This document shows positions 24,767 to 26,429 of a stretch of DNA of 26,429 bases, piece after piece. The position numbers and the translations under genes were made by a program. The DNA is taken from IMG/VR virus record IMGVR_UViG_3300037462_000641, positions 1 to 26,429 of that record; one strand, 5' to 3'. The notes under the pieces were generated by a model. That model had not been told where the DNA came from and did no database searches. It was given only the letters and a program-made list of their open reading frames with translations. Numbering within the stretch: the stretch's first letter is position 1; each line of letters opens with the position of its first letter. Source of the DNA: a virus. Lineage: Duplodnaviria; Caudoviricetes.

Positions 24767-26320
24767 ATGCTCCAAGACTACACGTCCGCAAGCGGCGGGC
24801 CGCAGTTCAAGACGATGCTTGTGCGCACCGTTGACGGATACGAGCAGCGCAACGTTGATCAATGGGACAAAGTCGAAATTTACAACCTTCGGTTTGAAAA
24901 TCTTTCGCAGCTGCAACATGACATGCTTCGCGCCCTGTATGAAGAAAAAAAGGGGACGTTTGGCGTTTTTGATTTTCGCCCGCCGTTGGCGAGCGAAGCG
25001 CGGCCAGCGATATTCACCAATGCCGAGTTTCGGGCGAGTTTTGACGCGGCGGGGCTTTCGACGGTCGATTTTGACGTGATGATGCTTGTAGAAGAGGGCG
25101 CGCCTTTGCCGGAGCAGTTCCCCGCCGATTCAAACGAAACTTTGGAAATCGACGGAAGCGACGGGGGGCCGGTTGAGCTTGCTGGCGCTTCGGTTTCGCC
25201 AACGTTCGGCGTGTTTGACTTCGGCATGGAGAAGCAATCCGCAATTTCGCGCCGCTTTCTGAAGCGCGACCGACGCATCCAAGAGTGGGAAATTGATTTA
25301 GCCATGATCACGCCGTCGGCTTTCGTGTACCTTCGGGAATTTTTCGAGAACCGAAAAGGACGGGCGCAAACGTTCCTATATCGTCCCCACGGAGAAGAAA
25401 GCGCAACGAAAGTCCGTTTCGACTCAGACAAACTTGAAGCGGAATTTGATCAAAGAGGCGTCGTGACCGGTAAAATCGGATTGATCGAGGTTTCATCGTT
25501 TGGGCTTCCGGCAAGCGAGTATTGGGAGCGAGAAACGACCACATTGTGCAAACTTTTCACGATCACCGCTTCAAACGGATTGATGGAACGCCTCACCGAT
25601 TGCACGCGCGCGATTGTGCGCGGCGGCGAGACGTACGCCGCCGCGCCGCTCCAAACGTCGCAAGTGCAGTTGAGGACAGGGTCGGGCGCACCTGACAATG
25701 CGGAAATTGAAGCGGCTTTCGGCGACGAAGTGGACTACGAAGACCTAAAGGCGGGAATATGGAGTGGCGCACGCATCGAAACCCTCGTCGTGAACTATCT
25801 TGACGCCGATGCGCAGCCCGCGCGCAGACACATTGGAACGGTCGGCGAAATCACGGTTTTCGAGAACAGTTTCCGCGTCGAATATTTGTCACTGACCGAC
25901 CGACTCCGTCAGCCGGTCGGGGAACTGACATCGCAGATTTGCCGCGCCGAAGTCGGCGATGAGCGATGCCGAGTTGACCTAACGCCTTTTACCTTCGACG
26001 CTTTTGTGACCGGCGTCAGCAACCAACGGCTTTTTTCGGTCAGCGTCAGCATGGTCGCCGATTATTTCACGCGCGGCAAAATAACGTTTGAATCAGGCGC
26101 CAATGCCGGAATCACATTGGAAATCCTTTCCAGCTTCGGCGCCGCGCTCAGATTGGGATTGCCCGCGCCGCGCCCGATTGCGCCCGGCGACGCCGTGCGC
26201 CTTGTCGCCGGTTGCGACGGACGCCTCGAAACCTGCCGCGACACATTCCAAAATGTCATAAATCGCCAAGCGGAAGACGAAATCCCTGGCAACAAACGAT
26301 TTTTTGAATTTCCAAAGTGA
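24767..26320 (+). CDS. Tail-tip fusion: two DUF2460 (Dit)-like units plus DUF2163/BR0599 hub
   Basis: GGPQFKT..VRTVDGYEQRN; second unit LREFFENRKGRAQTFLYRP..VRFDSD; TTTLCKLFTIT..RLTD; CRAEVGDERC; GCDGRLETCRDTFQNVIN. Confidence 0.85.
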   Translation: MLQDYTSASGGPQFKTMLVRTVDGYEQRNVDQWDKVEIYNLRFENLSQLQHDMLRALYEEKKGTFGVFDFRPPLASEARPAIFTNAEFRASFDAAGLSTVDFDVMMLVEEGAPLPEQFPADSNETLEIDGSDGGPVELAGASVSPTFGVFDFGMEKQSAISRRFLKRDRRIQEWEIDLAMITPSAFVYLREFFENRKGRAQTFLYRPHGEESATKVRFDSDKLEAEFDQRGVVTGKIGLIEVSSFGLPASEYWERETTTLCKLFTITASNGLMERLTDCTRAIVRGGETYAAAPLQTSQVQLRTGSGAPDNAEIEAAFGDEVDYEDLKAGIWSGARIETLVVNYLDADAQPARRHIGTVGEITVFENSFRVEYLSLTDRLRQPVGELTSQICRAEVGDERCRVDLTPFTFDAFVTGVSNQRLFSVSVSMVADYFTRGKITFESGANAGITLEILSSFGAALRLGLPAPRPIAPGDAVRLVAGCDGRLETCRDTFQNVINRQAEDEIPGNKRFFEFPK

Positions 26321-26334
26321 GAGCATGGGCATTA

Positions 26335-26429
26335 GGGACTGTTAACAAACATCCATCTTAATGAGCGCCAGGGCAATAAACCCTCCGAACGTCGCTTCCA
26401 GCTTGTCAACGCGCAACGCCAGTCGCCGA
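26335..26429 (-). mobile_element. End of an IS5-family insertion sequence (partial)
   Basis: TA then GGGACTGTTAACAAAC terminal-repeat-like end, which contains the transposase stop codon. Confidence 0.8.
26342..26429 (-). CDS. IS5-family transposase, C-terminal fragment
   Basis: Minus strand reads RRLALRVDKLEATFGGFIALALIKMDVC*, resembling the RRIATRYDK...F C-terminus of IS5-family transposases. Confidence 0.85.
   Translation of the reverse strand, partial: RRLALRVDKLEATFGGFIALALIKMDVC

Larger units (their letters stand above)
76..26334. mobile_element. Lambda-like (siphovirus) prophage integrated at tRNA-Lys; right part interrupted by an IS and continuing beyond the window
   Basis: Ordered modules: tRNA 3' fragment, tyrosine integrase, regulators, replication and methylation genes, endolysin, GpA terminase, lambda-type portal, capsid, tail tube, tape measure, tail tip. 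Confidence 0.96.

Noticed and set aside
23779-24791. Long minus-strand ORFs (323 and 289 aa)
   Set aside because: Shadows of the Ala/Gly-rich tape measure gene.
24767-26320. Gene transfer agent cluster
   Set aside because: Only the tail tip is GTA-like; integrase, att, replication genes and lambda-type terminase and portal indicate a prophage.

Overview
Nearly the whole window (about 76-26334) is one temperate, lambda-like siphovirus prophage that appears to be decaying. It starts at a 50-bp 3' half of tRNA-Lys(CTT) (att core) beside a tyrosine integrase. Next come a small leftward cargo operon (SWIM-finger membrane protein, coiled-coil protein) and a divergent pair of paralogous ribbon-helix-helix regulators where cI/cro would normally be. 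The early operon has two heavily structured non-coding blocks, an excisionase-like HTH, an AlkB dioxygenase, a DUF1937-like protein, an N6/N4 DNA methyltransferase broken by an in-frame TAA, a replication initiator with internal iteron-like repeats, and a C5 methyltransferase with a nested out-of-frame ORF. The late region holds a muramidase endolysin, a gpZ-like gene, a putative cos site, a PLD-like nuclease, terminase subunits, portal, protease-capsid fusion, neck and tail genes with a -1 frameshift chaperone, a tape measure with a GH73 domain, and a fused DUF2460x2-DUF2163 tail-tip gene. An IS5-family element cuts the tail module at the right edge. All family calls come from reading motifs by eye; no database searches were run.
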